DNA of 60,780 nt, the filler included, from Catajapyx aquilonaris (taxonomy: Eukaryota): assembly GCA_000934665.2 (NCBI GenBank). It is 3 parts of 3 records of this genome, joined end to end, with 100 filler letters (N's around TTAATTAATTAA, not from the genome) between each part and the next. Parts side by side here need not be neighbours in the genome. Positions count along the whole stretch, not along the records: positions 20,311 to 40,496 come from JYFJ02006314.1; positions 40,597 to 60,780 come from JYFJ02006315.1; 1 more part is not named here. The stretch is one strand, 5' to 3'. The notes below the pieces were generated by a model. The model was given only the letters and a program-made list of their open reading frames with translations, had not been told where the DNA came from and did not search any database. This document shows positions 36,116-48,200 of the stretch, one piece after another. Made by a program: the position numbers and the translations under genes. Each line of letters opens with the position of its first letter. Within the stretch, counting starts at the first letter, position 1.

Positions 36116-37181
36116 ATGGTGAGTCGCAAAGCGGACAATGCGAAGGGTTAGTCACTTATGAAGACCTACCGGTTGTTGGAAAATCAGTCGTACACCATCA
36201 AAGTGACTAACCTTTCGAGACAATGACAGTACAATGCAGGCTTGCAATGTGTTCTTTTCTCCTGTACGCAGAGTATCATGTCGTACAATGGTGGGGCGGT
36301 GGTGGCCATGAAGGGGAAGGACTGCGTGGCCATCGCAGCCGACAAAAGGTTTGGAATCCAGGCCCAGACGGTCTCGCTTGACTTCCAGGTACGTTATATG
36401 TCAGTACAAGCTTGGTTTTTTTTTAAAAAAAAATCTAATTTCCATTTCTGCGCACTAGAAAATATTTGAGATGGGTCCGCACCTGTACATAGGCCTCCCT
36501 GGCCTTGCTACGGACACCCAGACGGTGAATCAGCGCCTCATGTTCCGCCTGAGCCTGTATGAGCTGCGGGAGAACCGTCGCATCCGGCCCAAGACCTTTT
36601 CGGCTATGGTCTCCAACCTGCTGTATGAGAGGCGTTTTGGGCCTTACTTTGTGGAGCCGGTCATTGCCGGTCTGGATCCGGGCAAGAACTTCGAGCCTTT
36701 TATCTGCAACATGGATCTGATTGGGTGCCCCAACATTCCCGAAGATTTTGTGGTGAGCGGAACTTGCGCAGACCAGCTGTACGGTATGTGCGAGGTTCTT
36801 TGGGAGCCGGATATGGGTCCAGACCAGCTGTTCGAGACCATCTCTCAGGCGCTGCTGAATGCTATGGATCGGGATGCTGTCTCTGGATGGGGCGCAGTGG
36901 TGCACATCATGTGAGTAGGCTCTTTCTTCTCCTTCATGTGAAGAGCAAGAAGTTCAGAGAAGAAAAAAATTGATCAAATCTACAAGAATCTGCAGAATTG
37001 AAATTATCCAAAGTGCATTGTCACAATTTCATAAGCATGATTATGGATACCAAAAAGCAAAGTTATTTACAATGTCAGCACTACAATGGGGTCCTTCACC
37101 AAAGATTAATGCGTTTCCCTTTCACATTTCAGTGAGAAAGATAAGGTGACTACCCGCAACCTGAAGACCAGGATGGATTGA
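36116..37181 (+). CDS. PSMB3: Proteasome subunit beta type-3
   Basis: Coding exons: ATG 36116-36118, 36272-36388, 36459-36910, 37133-37181. Translates [25 protein letters not shown]...RRFGPYF...DRDAVSGWG...LKTRMD*. Confidence 0.96.
36141..36217. mobile_element. 77-bp hairpin, probable micro-MITE in PSMB3 intron 1
   Basis: 17-bp inverted ends CGAAGGGTTAGTCACTT / AAGTGACTAACCTTTCG; flanks GGACAATG / AGACAATG (7/8 direct repeat). Confidence 0.55.
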
Positions 37182-38651
37182 AACCACAATTTTTTTAGCA
37201 TACGATGCATTTGTATGTCCCATGTTTCAAGAAATACAAACATTTCTCACTTATTTGATGCCTAATTTAGAAGAACTTCAATCCCTTTAAGGTCTCAACT
37301 CATAGAACTTGTAACTTCAACTTGTGTAAGTCAGACATTTGCATGTGGAAGCAGAAAATGGGGGGACGGAATTTAATGGACAAGTCGAATGACAATCCGG
37401 AGTGATAAATACTGCAAAGCATAATATTATTCTTCGATCAAATGCCAAACTTATACAGATCACAACTTTTGATTGAATACCTTGTTCAAATGATCATGCA
37501 ACAAAATTCAATTTTGGCGAATTTAAAATTCTTGTATGAGTAATACATTGTCTAACATGTTTTCTTTAGTGTCACACATTCACATAGCTATTAAATTTGT
37601 CACAAAAAGGCAAGTACAAATATCCTGTTTTCATTACATTAGCAAGATTAGTTAATCGGCATTTGAAATAGCACTAGGAATTAATGGTGTCTTGGTCACG
37701 GTCTTGAAAGGTTTACTGCTGTCCTTTTTCGCGGGGCAACCGGCAGAGAGGTAGGATAGAAAAATAATATCCGTTCCAATGTCTTGGTAAATGATGTGAA
37801 CTTCCCTTATCTCTGTGTCACGAATTACCCGGATAGGTGCATGCTGCAGTTCCATGTTCGCCTGAAAAAAAATGCAAATTTTCATAAAATTTTCTGCCAC
37901 TTGTTCTTTAGTCTTCTTGTACAATTCAGAATGTAATTTCGTATTGGTCTTATCTCCTGTACTGTTCCTCACTCACTGTTCATTTGCGGGGTTGGGTAGG
38001 AAGGTTCTGTACCTTGGACCCCCTTGTACCTTGGGACATGGTCATTTTCTCGAAATCTGTTGGCGTGAAAAAGAAGTAACCTGCACCAATGTCATGCTCC
38101 TTGAGTGCCCCTCACCCCATTGTGTTTTCAGCGTCATCGGATTAAGTGTCTGCCTGCTGCATGAAAATATATGTTTTCAGGTAGTAAAAGTAATGTCAGT
38201 CACCATATTAGTGAAAGGTACACGTACCATAGCCCAAGTTACAAAGATCCGAATTTGGCTCCTTCTCTTAATGCTAGGGCGTTTTGTGTGCCACAATGTG
38301 ACCAACTGAAAAGTGTCATAAAAGCAGCCATATTTTGGGTGGCACCACGTTTCGGAATCTAGGCTTTATCTTGTACCTTGGGACACTTACCCATTTTGTA
38401 CCTTGGGACAGGTGATGCGGCAATGTGAGCAGTTGACATTTGGTGTGGACTTGTCGGAGTACAAAATGTAGTAGGGTCTTATCATTCCTAGGTGTGTGTA
38501 GGCCCTCCTATTTTTAAATTTGATTACTTCGCACCAAATGTAAACTGTTCACACACTATACGGAGCTACATGCATACAAAATGTACCTGGATTAAAATAA
38601 ACAAGGACATAATTATTTGGAAGTAGCCTACTCTCATATTTCATTTTGTTA

Positions 38652-38952
38652 CCGATGCAGGTTGGTGTAGTGGTTAAGGAGTCCGACTGCTAATCGGGAG
38701 GTCTTGGGTTCGATTCCCGGGGCTGGCGATCCTGACCGTGGTTTTCTGTGGTTTTCCACGGTCCCCCCAAGATAATTCCAGGGTCACTTACGTATAATAG
38801 GCCACAGCCGCTTCCTTCCTTCCCTATCCTTGGCTCCATCCATGTGTGACAGTTTCAGAAAAAAAATTGACTGGTAAAATGGTGGTATTCCACCCCCATA
38901 ATGGAGCGCTGATTCTCCAAATGGAGTAAAATAAATAAATAAATAAATAAAA
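38652..38952 (+). mobile_element. tRNA-Ser(GCT)-like SINE (family B, second copy)
   Basis: Same head and body as 13780-14055; (TAAA)n tail. Confidence 0.85.
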
Positions 38953-39130
38953 ATGTATTTTGCTGTTGTTGTCGCTAGGCAGGTGCGGGGGGTGCGGACC
39001 GCACCGGGTGCCACCCTCAAAGGGGGTGACACCCAAGTGATGTGTGAAATTTTTTGGAACCCTCGAGAGAATGTATGCTTTCTTCGCGGCTTCCACACAT
39101 CGATGGAAACTACGGAAATAATTTAAAGGT

Positions 39131-39394
39131 GGATGAGGTGTGATCAAAAAGTTCCTGGACTGTCGATATACCGTGAAATCCAGTGGAGGTACGAACTTGT
39201 GACGTTAGGGGGCGCTAGGTACACCTTTCATTTATTAGTCTGAAAAATTTCGTCTTCATAGGTGCACATGTTTCCGAGTTTCGGCAGTTTTCTTGACACC
39301 GTGTTCTTGTGCTGTGATTTTTCGAAATCGCTTATGTTAGGGAGCAAAAGATTTGAAAATATTTCTTCCAGCTCAACAAAACTTCGGATGCAAC
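39131..39394 (+). mobile_element. Mariner-like terminal fragment
   Basis: GAGGTGTGATCAAAAAGTTCCTGGACT resembles a mariner TIR; interrupted by the LTR. Confidence 0.45.
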
Positions 39395-40496
39395 TGTGAC
39401 AGGATGGGCACATAGATCAAGTCTATGACCGGAGCAGAGGGGATGCCAAAGTAGACAGAGGCTAACCGTATGAACTGGGTGTTTATTTCCTTCGGGATGG
39501 AACGGGTACACATAGGTAGGGGAAAGGTGGTGATCAAGGGGCAAGCTGACAGTGCAAGACCCCGTGGTTGTGACCACCCCGACCAGGATATTCTCCTGGA
39601 CCGGGAGAGGCCTCGACTGGTGAGTGACCGTGGTATATATAGTACTCTGACGCCCCACAGCATGATGGGAAGTTTTATCAGGAGCCAACCAGAGGCGGGC
39701 GAGTACACAGAGTCGCAAGATAACAAGGGGGTTCCACGGTCAAAACACGCAAGGCAAGAAATGGGGTAGGACAGTGAAGCTGGTGCTGTCACACACCTCG
39801 CCAGGGAGATTCCGCCAAGGATTTAAACAATACGAAGGCGGGAGTAGAAAACAATACCACAAACATACGTCATACCCAGACATACAGCATAGACACATGG
39901 CTCAAACAAACAGAACTAAAACATTATAATCTTCATTTCATTCAAAGCCAAAATCAAAACCATGTGTCAAGAGGATCAAAAGAGGCCCCAATACAAATGG
40001 GGTAGGTGGCTCTTGTGTGGAAAAAACAAAATCAAAGAGGAGGGACACGGAGACAAACTCGTGACATAGTTACATGAGGTAGTCGGGAGCCTCTTCTTCC
40101 GCATCTGACGAGCTCACTATTATGACGTCATCTGTCCTTGGTGGTGGTGCTGGCTGCGCTGGGTGCGCCAGGGGCCTGGCTGCATCAGGTGTTGAATGCT
40201 CCAGAACTCGAAGAGGTGTTTCAAAGTAGTCCTTTGGGGCTGGATCAGAAATCGGGGCACAGCCTATGAGACATCCGCGGTGGAAATCCAGCATGCAGTG
40301 GTGTGATGCCAGAAAATCGGCACCCACCACCACGGAGGCCACCGAATACGGATCCAAAACGGATGTGGGAGTAAGGCTCCTCCGATCTGCACCTCTGCGT
40401 CGCACCGGCCCACCGGACGAATCAGCTGACCGTCGCACATGACCAGTCTGGGTAGGGGCTGGTTGGGTAGAAGCGCAGGCCGGTGTTCCTCGGGCA
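39395..40496 (-). mobile_element. LTR retroelement remnant (LTR 39395-39793 plus degenerate internal region)
   Basis: LTR bounded by TGTGACAG...CTGTCACA. The adjacent minus-strand ORF 40070-40438 has a retropepsin-like C-terminal motif (VVGADFL...LDF); truncated by the linker. Confidence 0.6.
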
Positions 40497-40596
40497 NNNN
40501 NNNNNNNNNNNNNNNNNNNNNNNNNNNNNNNNNNNNNNNNTTAATTAATTAANNNNNNNNNNNNNNNNNNNNNNNNNNNNNNNNNNNNNNNNNNNN
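40497..40596. other. Artificial contig linker
   Basis: N44-TTAATTAATTAA-N44. Confidence 0.95.
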
Positions 40597-40684
40597 CAAC
40601 AATAAAATTTGCCGCAAGTCGTGCCGTTTGCCGCGCGACATTTTTTTTGTGAAATGGCCTTTAGTCCTAATATAAGTTACGCAC

Positions 40685-43600
40685 CTCATCCTCAGAGTTA
40701 GACACCACCGTGTCTTCAGAGTCGCCTCCAATGTCAGAGTCACTGCCTCTTCCTGCATGACGTTCCCTCATTTCCGTCATCCTCTGTCGAGCCTTCACTT
40801 TTGATTTCCTCGGACCAGAGCGCACTTCCACCTGAGCGAAAAGCAGACAATTTGTACCCTCTTGAACTGAATGCCTGCAAACCATCCCATGCTTAAAATG
40901 ACACCAATGACCTTAACTCAGGACCTGTCACCCCCCAGCACCAATCCCTTACTCCCTGTGCACAGACCGAAGATGATAGACAATATGGGGCCAGGCACAA
41001 AATGAGTGACAGTACCTCAAACAGTTCCCAAATGACCTTTGAATGCCTTCTGGTTACTGGGACACAATTAAACAAGCAGAATTTCCTCCGTGCTCAGTCC
41101 ATGCTTCATACCTCATCCTCAGACGACTTGCTCTCGGTGTTGCCTCCCACTACGTCCCTCATTTCCATCTCCTCCTGCTGAGCCTCCACTTCTGAGACTC
41201 TTGGGCCAATGTCCACTTCCACCTAAATGAAAAGTCAGTTTATTAATCCACCTCCGGATGAAGAAAACCGACAGATTATCCCACCACAAGCCCCCCCCAA
41301 GAATACATCATTCCCATGCTCACATTATGCTCTCCATTCCCGGTTTGAGGGACATCGTCAGGCATCTCCGGATCTGTCCCAACACTCGCCCCTTCCTGCT
41401 CCGTCTCCACCTAGAGAAGGGAGAGATCATTAAGAATGAACAATCAACATGAAGTTTTGAATCATGTCCAGATTTCAAATGAATTTACCTCGGCAACTCC
41501 CTCTCAACCTTTTCAGCTGCATTCCAGCTGGACTGTAAAAATGCATGTGAAAGTTCTGACAGTCTCTTGTTGATTGTTTGCCGCACAATTATTAGTAACA
41601 CCAAAATGCAAACCACCAATACTTTGACGATGCATCAGGTGGAATTGTCACTCAACTGCCTAGTCTCTGCCAGCAGTCTGCTACTGTTAATCAGGGTTCT
41701 CCCACAAGCCTTTACATCAGACACCAATTCAGAGGCCTCGAGTATTGTGCACTTAGTTTTACGTCTGATGGAGAGGAAATTTGTCCGCTGTGAAACATCT
41801 GTCCGGAATGCAGTGATTACCCCATGTGAAGGAGTGACTGCAGCATTAAAACTTCTCATGTGACCCTCGATTAGCCTTGACCCAAATATGCCTATCGTCC
41901 CCAATAGGGAATATTTGCACAATATATTGTTATTATGTTTTTTATTGTTTTAGTTCTTCTTCAGCTTATGAGACGGCATCCCCATATCTCCATCATTATA
42001 CAAGGCAACGCTTGTTTCTTTGTCCATTTACCGAATCAATTTTATGACTATTTAATGCTCATTTCATCCCCATTGGGGAAAGGCAACCTTTTTTTTTGTT
42101 TGTTTGTCCAGGTTTGGTTACCATGGGACCATGGGATGGAACGATGGGGAGAATGGGCTCCGCTGCTAGTTATGTCGTACCAGCAGCGGAACCTGTACTT
42201 TGCATGGCTTGTAGGCCAATGAAAACAACAGCAATCAATCACTGTTGATGCTGCGGAACCACTATCATTGCTGAACGTTGCTGCTACGGAGGTATTGTGC
42301 TGACTTAATCATGGCAACAACAAATAACAATGAAAACCAAGACATGCCCATGGCAACAATGGGTCTATGGTCTTTGTGTCAACATTATCGCAGCAGCAAC
42401 GAAATGCTGCCTGGTTCTGTGGCACAGTAAACAACAACAAACAATCAATCAATCAATAATTGCTACTGCCATAGAAACTAGTTGCCATCGTAACCACACC
42501 TGGACAACCACTTGGTCTTTACCAAAATAATGGATATGAAATGAGCATAAAACAGGCATAAAATGTGTATGACATGTGGTAAATGACAAAGAAACTTTGC
42601 CTTTTAATAATAATAGATATAATGAAACTTGCCCATTACGGACCCTGGGTACAGCTGAAATCCATCAATTAGGAAAATTTTCCTGCGAACGGGTGTAACC
42701 AAAGAGCTTAATACTAGAAAGAGTGGAAAAAACGGTTTCCAAGCGTCGCCACTTTTTGGCCAGTTGTTTAGTCAACGTGTTTGGCTGACGACCACTACGC
42801 GGCGCCACTAGGCGGCACCGTCGAGTGCTGTCGAGAGGAATTTCAATAAACTGTGTTGATTTAATATCAAGAGGCACATAATTAAGAGTTATAAATCTAA
42901 AAACTGACCAATATGAGGTCGTATGCGGTTAAGGCACTAATTTTAGTTCCGAAACCGATATTCGACGCAGCTTGCCACCCTGCACCTAACAATCCAAATA
43001 ATCACCTCGTTGCTTAGAAATCACGTTCAAATTTTGAAATAGAACAAGTTCCAAGGCCGGCATAGTGGGGCGTAGACGGTCGGGGGCTGGGTGCCGAGTG
43101 CTACTACTACTGTTCGCGCACGGGGTCTCGGATCGCATTCTTTTCATTACCAAAGGACCCTCCACGGCTCTCGAGTTCACGGTAGAAGAACAACAAGCCC
43201 GTCCCGCCACAAGATGGACAAAGCAGCGGGGGGTATATTTTCCTGTCATGACCATGCTCAGCATCATGACCAGTGTGTACAGTAGCCTACCGTGGTGTGT
43301 ATTGTATAGCGCAGAGTGTGGGATTATTGTAGTGGCAATAAACTTCTGGCAAACAATTTGCTTTTCGTGATGGTATTTTATTCACAGGTCTTCTACATCG
43401 TGTTTTGTCGTCAATTTTTACACCAACGAGAGTATACGAGTGCTTATAGCTTATTTCCAACCTCTGGGGCTTTTATTGCCATATTTCCGGCACTGCCTCG
43501 ATCTACCGTATCGTACAATACAGTATCGAGTTTGGCTGTCGATCGCCAGGTGGCAGGTCAGTCGATTGGAGACACGGTTGCTACGCTACCAGCTGTTTTT

Positions 43601-44523
43601 TCCACTCTTCCTAGTATTAAGCTCTTTGGGTGTAACCATAGGGCATGCAGTGTTTTTTTTTGGCGGATTTTACGGAACCTGCCCAATGCGGAAATGGAAG
43701 GGATTTTTGGCTCCCTTAGGAGAAAATCTCTGTTCATAACGGAAATCAAAAGGTTCACATTATCTCCCATGAGTCAAACATAAAAACTACAGCTGGGTTC
43801 ACTCTCGGCCCTTCCAGGAGGCCTGAGTAACCCTTGATCTGAATATAGCGGGAACAGGAAACCTATCCAGTACAGAACATTTTTGGGGTGTACCCCATGC
43901 GATTCCGCAATACACAGGTTTCACTGTACTGTATGTTAAGATGCAATAGTGAGTGACTCCAGTGGGAAACGCCCGTTTTCATTTCATGCTATGTTGTATT
44001 AATGCAACAAAAATATTAACCACATCTGACGGGAAACAATGTGGGCACATGTGTGTTAAGTGCGGCTCTTACCTTCCCCATCCCTTCTTGGTGGTCTGGC
44101 AAGATGAACTCTGGTTCCGGCAGGACCTGCCCACCCTGGTCCTCCCCGTCCTCCTGTAAGCAGATATTTCATGACACACGTGACTGGGCTTGCAGCAGGA
44201 GCGTGAAGAACACTGACCTGGCAAGTGCGGCCTCCATGTTGGTGATCATGGTCAGGTATGGCCTGTGGCTGCTCCACCTTCACCCTGCCCCGAAGACGAC
44301 CTCCTCCGACCTGCTCCGTCCTGGACAGATCCTCCTCTCCTTCCCCCAGTTCCGCCTTGACCCTGTCCCTTGGCCCGTGTATGAACTGGTGGTGCAACAG
44401 CTGCATCCTGGTCCCGAAGGTGGCGTCCAGGCAGTAGACGCACCTGAAGGTGCCTTCCTGGCCCCAGTGGCTGCTCAGGCCCCCACCGCTCCTCAGGGAC
44501 AGCCTCCTCCGACCGCCTTCCAT
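40685..44523 (-). CDS. Zinc-finger protein, paralogue of the 52395-55206 gene (3' end lost at the linker)
   Basis: Phase-0 GT-AG exons 44523-44218 (one C2H2 finger: CVYC...HQFIH), 44153-44073, 41410-41324, 41222-41112, 40831-40685. The last clearly matches exon 53751-53912 (VEVRSGPRKSKVKARQR vs MEVCSGPRKSKLKARQR), including intron flanks. Confidence 0.7.
42700..43628 (+). mobile_element. P-superfamily non-autonomous element with THAP remnant
   Basis: TIR CAAAGAGCTTAATACTAGAAAGAGTGGAAAAAAC; perfect 8-bp TSD GGTGTAAC (42692-42699, 43629-43636); internal frameshifted C-R-V..C..FFSLPKD..R at 43092-43167. Confidence 0.85.
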
Positions 44524-45288
44524 CCTATATTCTCAGGCTGCTACCACCGCCAGCCAGCCCAAGAGGCGACCCAGGGAGTGCTCCAACGCAGGCAGGCTGT
44601 ACCAGGGCCACCCCCAGACACACGCAGCCCTCCTTCCTTCCCCCCACAAAACTTCACAAACAGTGTTGTTGGAAGGGAATGGACAATGGAACAGAGCTCA
44701 TCACCGGCTCGCCATTGTTCCAAATGACAGGAAGAAGTCACGTGACTTTCTTCAGGCCGATTGCGCGCGTAGCATAGCAGCTGCGGATAACACTTACCCG
44801 CACAATGCGATGATGGCGCCGATGAGATGGATGGACGTCCCACCACCACCACCGATAATCTATTTATTGACTAATTACTAGCAGATGACGGCCTCTCCGA
44901 GCCAGAGCCAATTAATCCCGGACCGCGCACTGTCCTCTATTTTGTTTAACTCCCAATTGCGCTCGTTCGAAGTGAGCGGCAACGTGTGATCCGATCGATC
45001 GGTTCGCTACTGGGAATCGTTTGGAACGCGGACGATGTCGGATGGAGCGTCCGTCTCTCCTGTCGATAGCACCACTTGTTGACGCCGCCGGCTTGGGATC
45101 GGCCGCCTCTCGTTTTGTTTTGTTAATTAATCGATTAATTACAGCCCCTTTCCCTCCCCCGCCCGGCCACCCACCATCCTCCCTGCACCCCTTCCCTCCT
45201 GGAAAAAGGAAGGAAGAAGCCCCTGTGGGCCATCATCATCTCCTAAGAAGAAGAAGAAGAGCAAGTCTCGTTCCAAGGCCTGGCCAAA

Positions 45289-48200
45289 ATGGCTTATTCC
45301 ATCTTGGGGCCTAAGAAGGATGGGGGCCCGAACGCAAAGTTCTTCGAGTCCACAGAGACCGTGGCCCTACTGGACAGCCTCAGGACATCGTGGCTCATGA
45401 AGCACTGCAAGAAGGTATAACCACTCACTGCCACTGCCTCACTGCCATACGTTCAGTGCGTGGGGTCCCCCACACAAGGGGGCGGTCCCCACCTGACTTG
45501 GACACACTAGTTCAGTCAACTTCCAGTCCGGCGGGGGAACTCAAAACGCTCCGTTGGAAGAATGGAAAACGCACGTGGTCTGCAACTAGTGCGGACTTGT
45601 AAAGTTAAGACCGTCAAGTAGATTTTGACAGATCAGGGGGTTCTTAAGTGCAACAATTGGCGTGTCGTTATTGGTTTGAACAAACCGGCGAGTGTTTGCA
45701 TAAGCCGCCCCTGAATTTAAAGTGAAATTTGGCGTCATCGTAGCTCTTGTTCTGTTGCAGTATTTGCAGGCGGATCCGCCCACTAACAAGAGTTTGGCCG
45801 CCTTGATTATGCAGCTCATTCAATTTCAAGAGGATAATTTTGGCAAGAATGTCAACAAGCCGCCACTGACCAGGCTTTCGGTGAGTGACAAACCCAGGAT
45901 TTCAATCGGTTAGATGCGTAGAGAGTGAAATTATTCCACGTTGACCTCTTCCAGATGCGGTTCTTCCTGGACTTCAAGCCAGGAGGCGCTCTCTCTCACA
46001 TATTGGCCACTGCATATCGGTTCAAGAGCGATCAAGGTTGGAGGCGATTCGACTTCCAGGTACATATTTAGACACGTTAATCTGGTGGGGAGGACTCGTT
46101 TTAAAACATTCATCCATATCTGTGGGAGGGCTCGATGGAAAATTCGACTGATCTGCTAATATTGGAATGGAAGGAATGAAACTGCTTTCAAAGTGCAGGG
46201 TCTTTCCAACAAGTTGTATGGGCAGTTGGAGTATTCCTTGGTCCAAAACAAGTCGAAAATGTCTTTTTTTGTCTTATTAATTAATATTTTTCCAGGTGGC
46301 AAAAATTGGTTGATGGAATAATTACTTAATCCAAAAATGGGTAATTTTGAATAATGGTTGTAAGCAAATTGTGTGCAGATATTTTGTACAGTTTACTTTG
46401 CGTGAAGAAACTTGAGTATTGCTGCTGTCCCAGCACCAGGAACACTGTGTTTACAAGTCTAATCGAGAACAATATGAGAATGCTACTGATCTGTATTATC
46501 ACGGAGGCATACCAAATAAATTTTTTCCTCGATAGTATGCTGCACCTTGGAGTTGTAGGATAGGCCTTGTAGCTAACATTGGGTGAGAAGTTGAAGTTAG
46601 TGAAGCAGTTGGAGCAAGTGAACACTGTTGCTCAGTGCAACTGACTTTAGAAATGGTCATACAACAGCATTTTTAAGAACTCGTGGTTTGCCAGGAAGGC
46701 CACCAAATTGTTAGAGTGTCTTGACAAGATGAGCGTACTTCACCTTATGTTGTCGTTTTCCTTGCTTCCCATGAGCCAATGGCACAGGTGAGCTTCTTTT
46801 CATGCACCAAGTTCCTACCTTGATGTGAACCCAGGGGCAAAATGGAATGTTGTGTTGTTTAGAAAGGCATGTCATAGAGGAGTGAAAGTATTGCTTTTAT
46901 GGGGGGGGTTTAGTGTCAAGTGAGATAGACTCTGTTGGCATGTGCCAATTAAAGCATGCGACATAATCTGGAATTTTCGTTTGCAGTCACCATCTCGCAT
47001 GGATCGCAACGTGGACATGTTCATGAACATTGAGAAGGCCTTGATTCAGAACAAGTTTCTGACAACGCCAACGGTCTTCATAAAACCTGGAGTGGAGGAG
47101 GCCATGCAATCCAAGCTCTGCGACGTTATCATGAGACACCAAGGCACTACAACAGGTATGCCTTATGCTTCACGCAGCCCCTTCTTTCTGATTTCATGGG
47201 CGATTAGAAGTGCCAAGATCTATCTCCAGTGGGAGAAAATGCACCCAGTCATGGACCTGGCTTTCCTAATGCCAGCCGCAGTGAAGCTCTATCCGTAGTG
47301 ATGAATCTTCCATCGATCTGACGAGTGTTAACTTGCCCTGTGTTTTCATGTCTTTCAGACAATGAGGGGGAAGCTACCCACATCATTTACCCGTCTTGCG
47401 ATCCCTTGGATGAAGAATACGCCAGGCCAGTTTTCAAGCGTGACCGCATGGTCTTGCTGCACTGGTATTACTTTCCCGACAGTCACGACTCGTGGGTGCA
47501 GCTAGATCTGAATCAAGACCCGCCTGATTCTCCTCCAACACACCAGGGTCAATGGCGGGTAAGGGAGATTTTTGTTGCAACTTTTGCGTTTCAATACTTG
47601 CGGATATGACTGGAGATGTGATTGGCTTTCAGGTGGCTGCAAATTGGTTGTTAGATCTGGAGCAGTACAATGAATGGATGAACGAAGAGGACTACGAAGT
47701 TGATGAGGTTGGGAAGAAGAAGGTCCATGAGGTAAGGGGAGTTGCGTGTTATTGGATGGAATTGTCGGTTAACAGTGCCATTTCCACAGTTGCGCCTATC
47801 AGTGGAAGATCTCATGAGCCAGGGCGATCCCGAGAAGACTAAGAAGAAGCCCAAGCGCAAGAGGTCACCTTCTCCGAAGCCAGGCAAGCGCAAGAGTGGC
47901 CGCAGCAGCAAGAAGAACCGCGTTGACGACGAGTCTGATGATCTGAGCAGAGACGTAGACTATCCACCACCTGACATTGAACCCGAGGAAGTGCAACTGC
48001 CCAAGACTTCTTCCCTGAGCAAGAAGGACAGTGAATTTCAGGCAATCAAGGGAGGAACTTTGGTTGATCTGGACGAAGATGGCGGCGGAGGTGACGATAG
48101 CCAGCCCAGCAAGGCATCAGAGAGCAACAGCCAGGTGAGGGTGTTCCCAAGGATTTTTGCATGAGCAGGTGCTACACATTGTAGCAGATGATCATAACTG

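Noticed and set aside
41489..41532. Extra minus-strand exon in the zinc-finger gene
   Set aside because: Good splice sites, but 44 nt breaks the frame between phase-0 exons and the matching frame has a TGA.
46296..46315. Micro-exon in SMARCC intron 3
   Set aside because: Strong acceptor but no frame-preserving donor; cannot be supported without RNA data.
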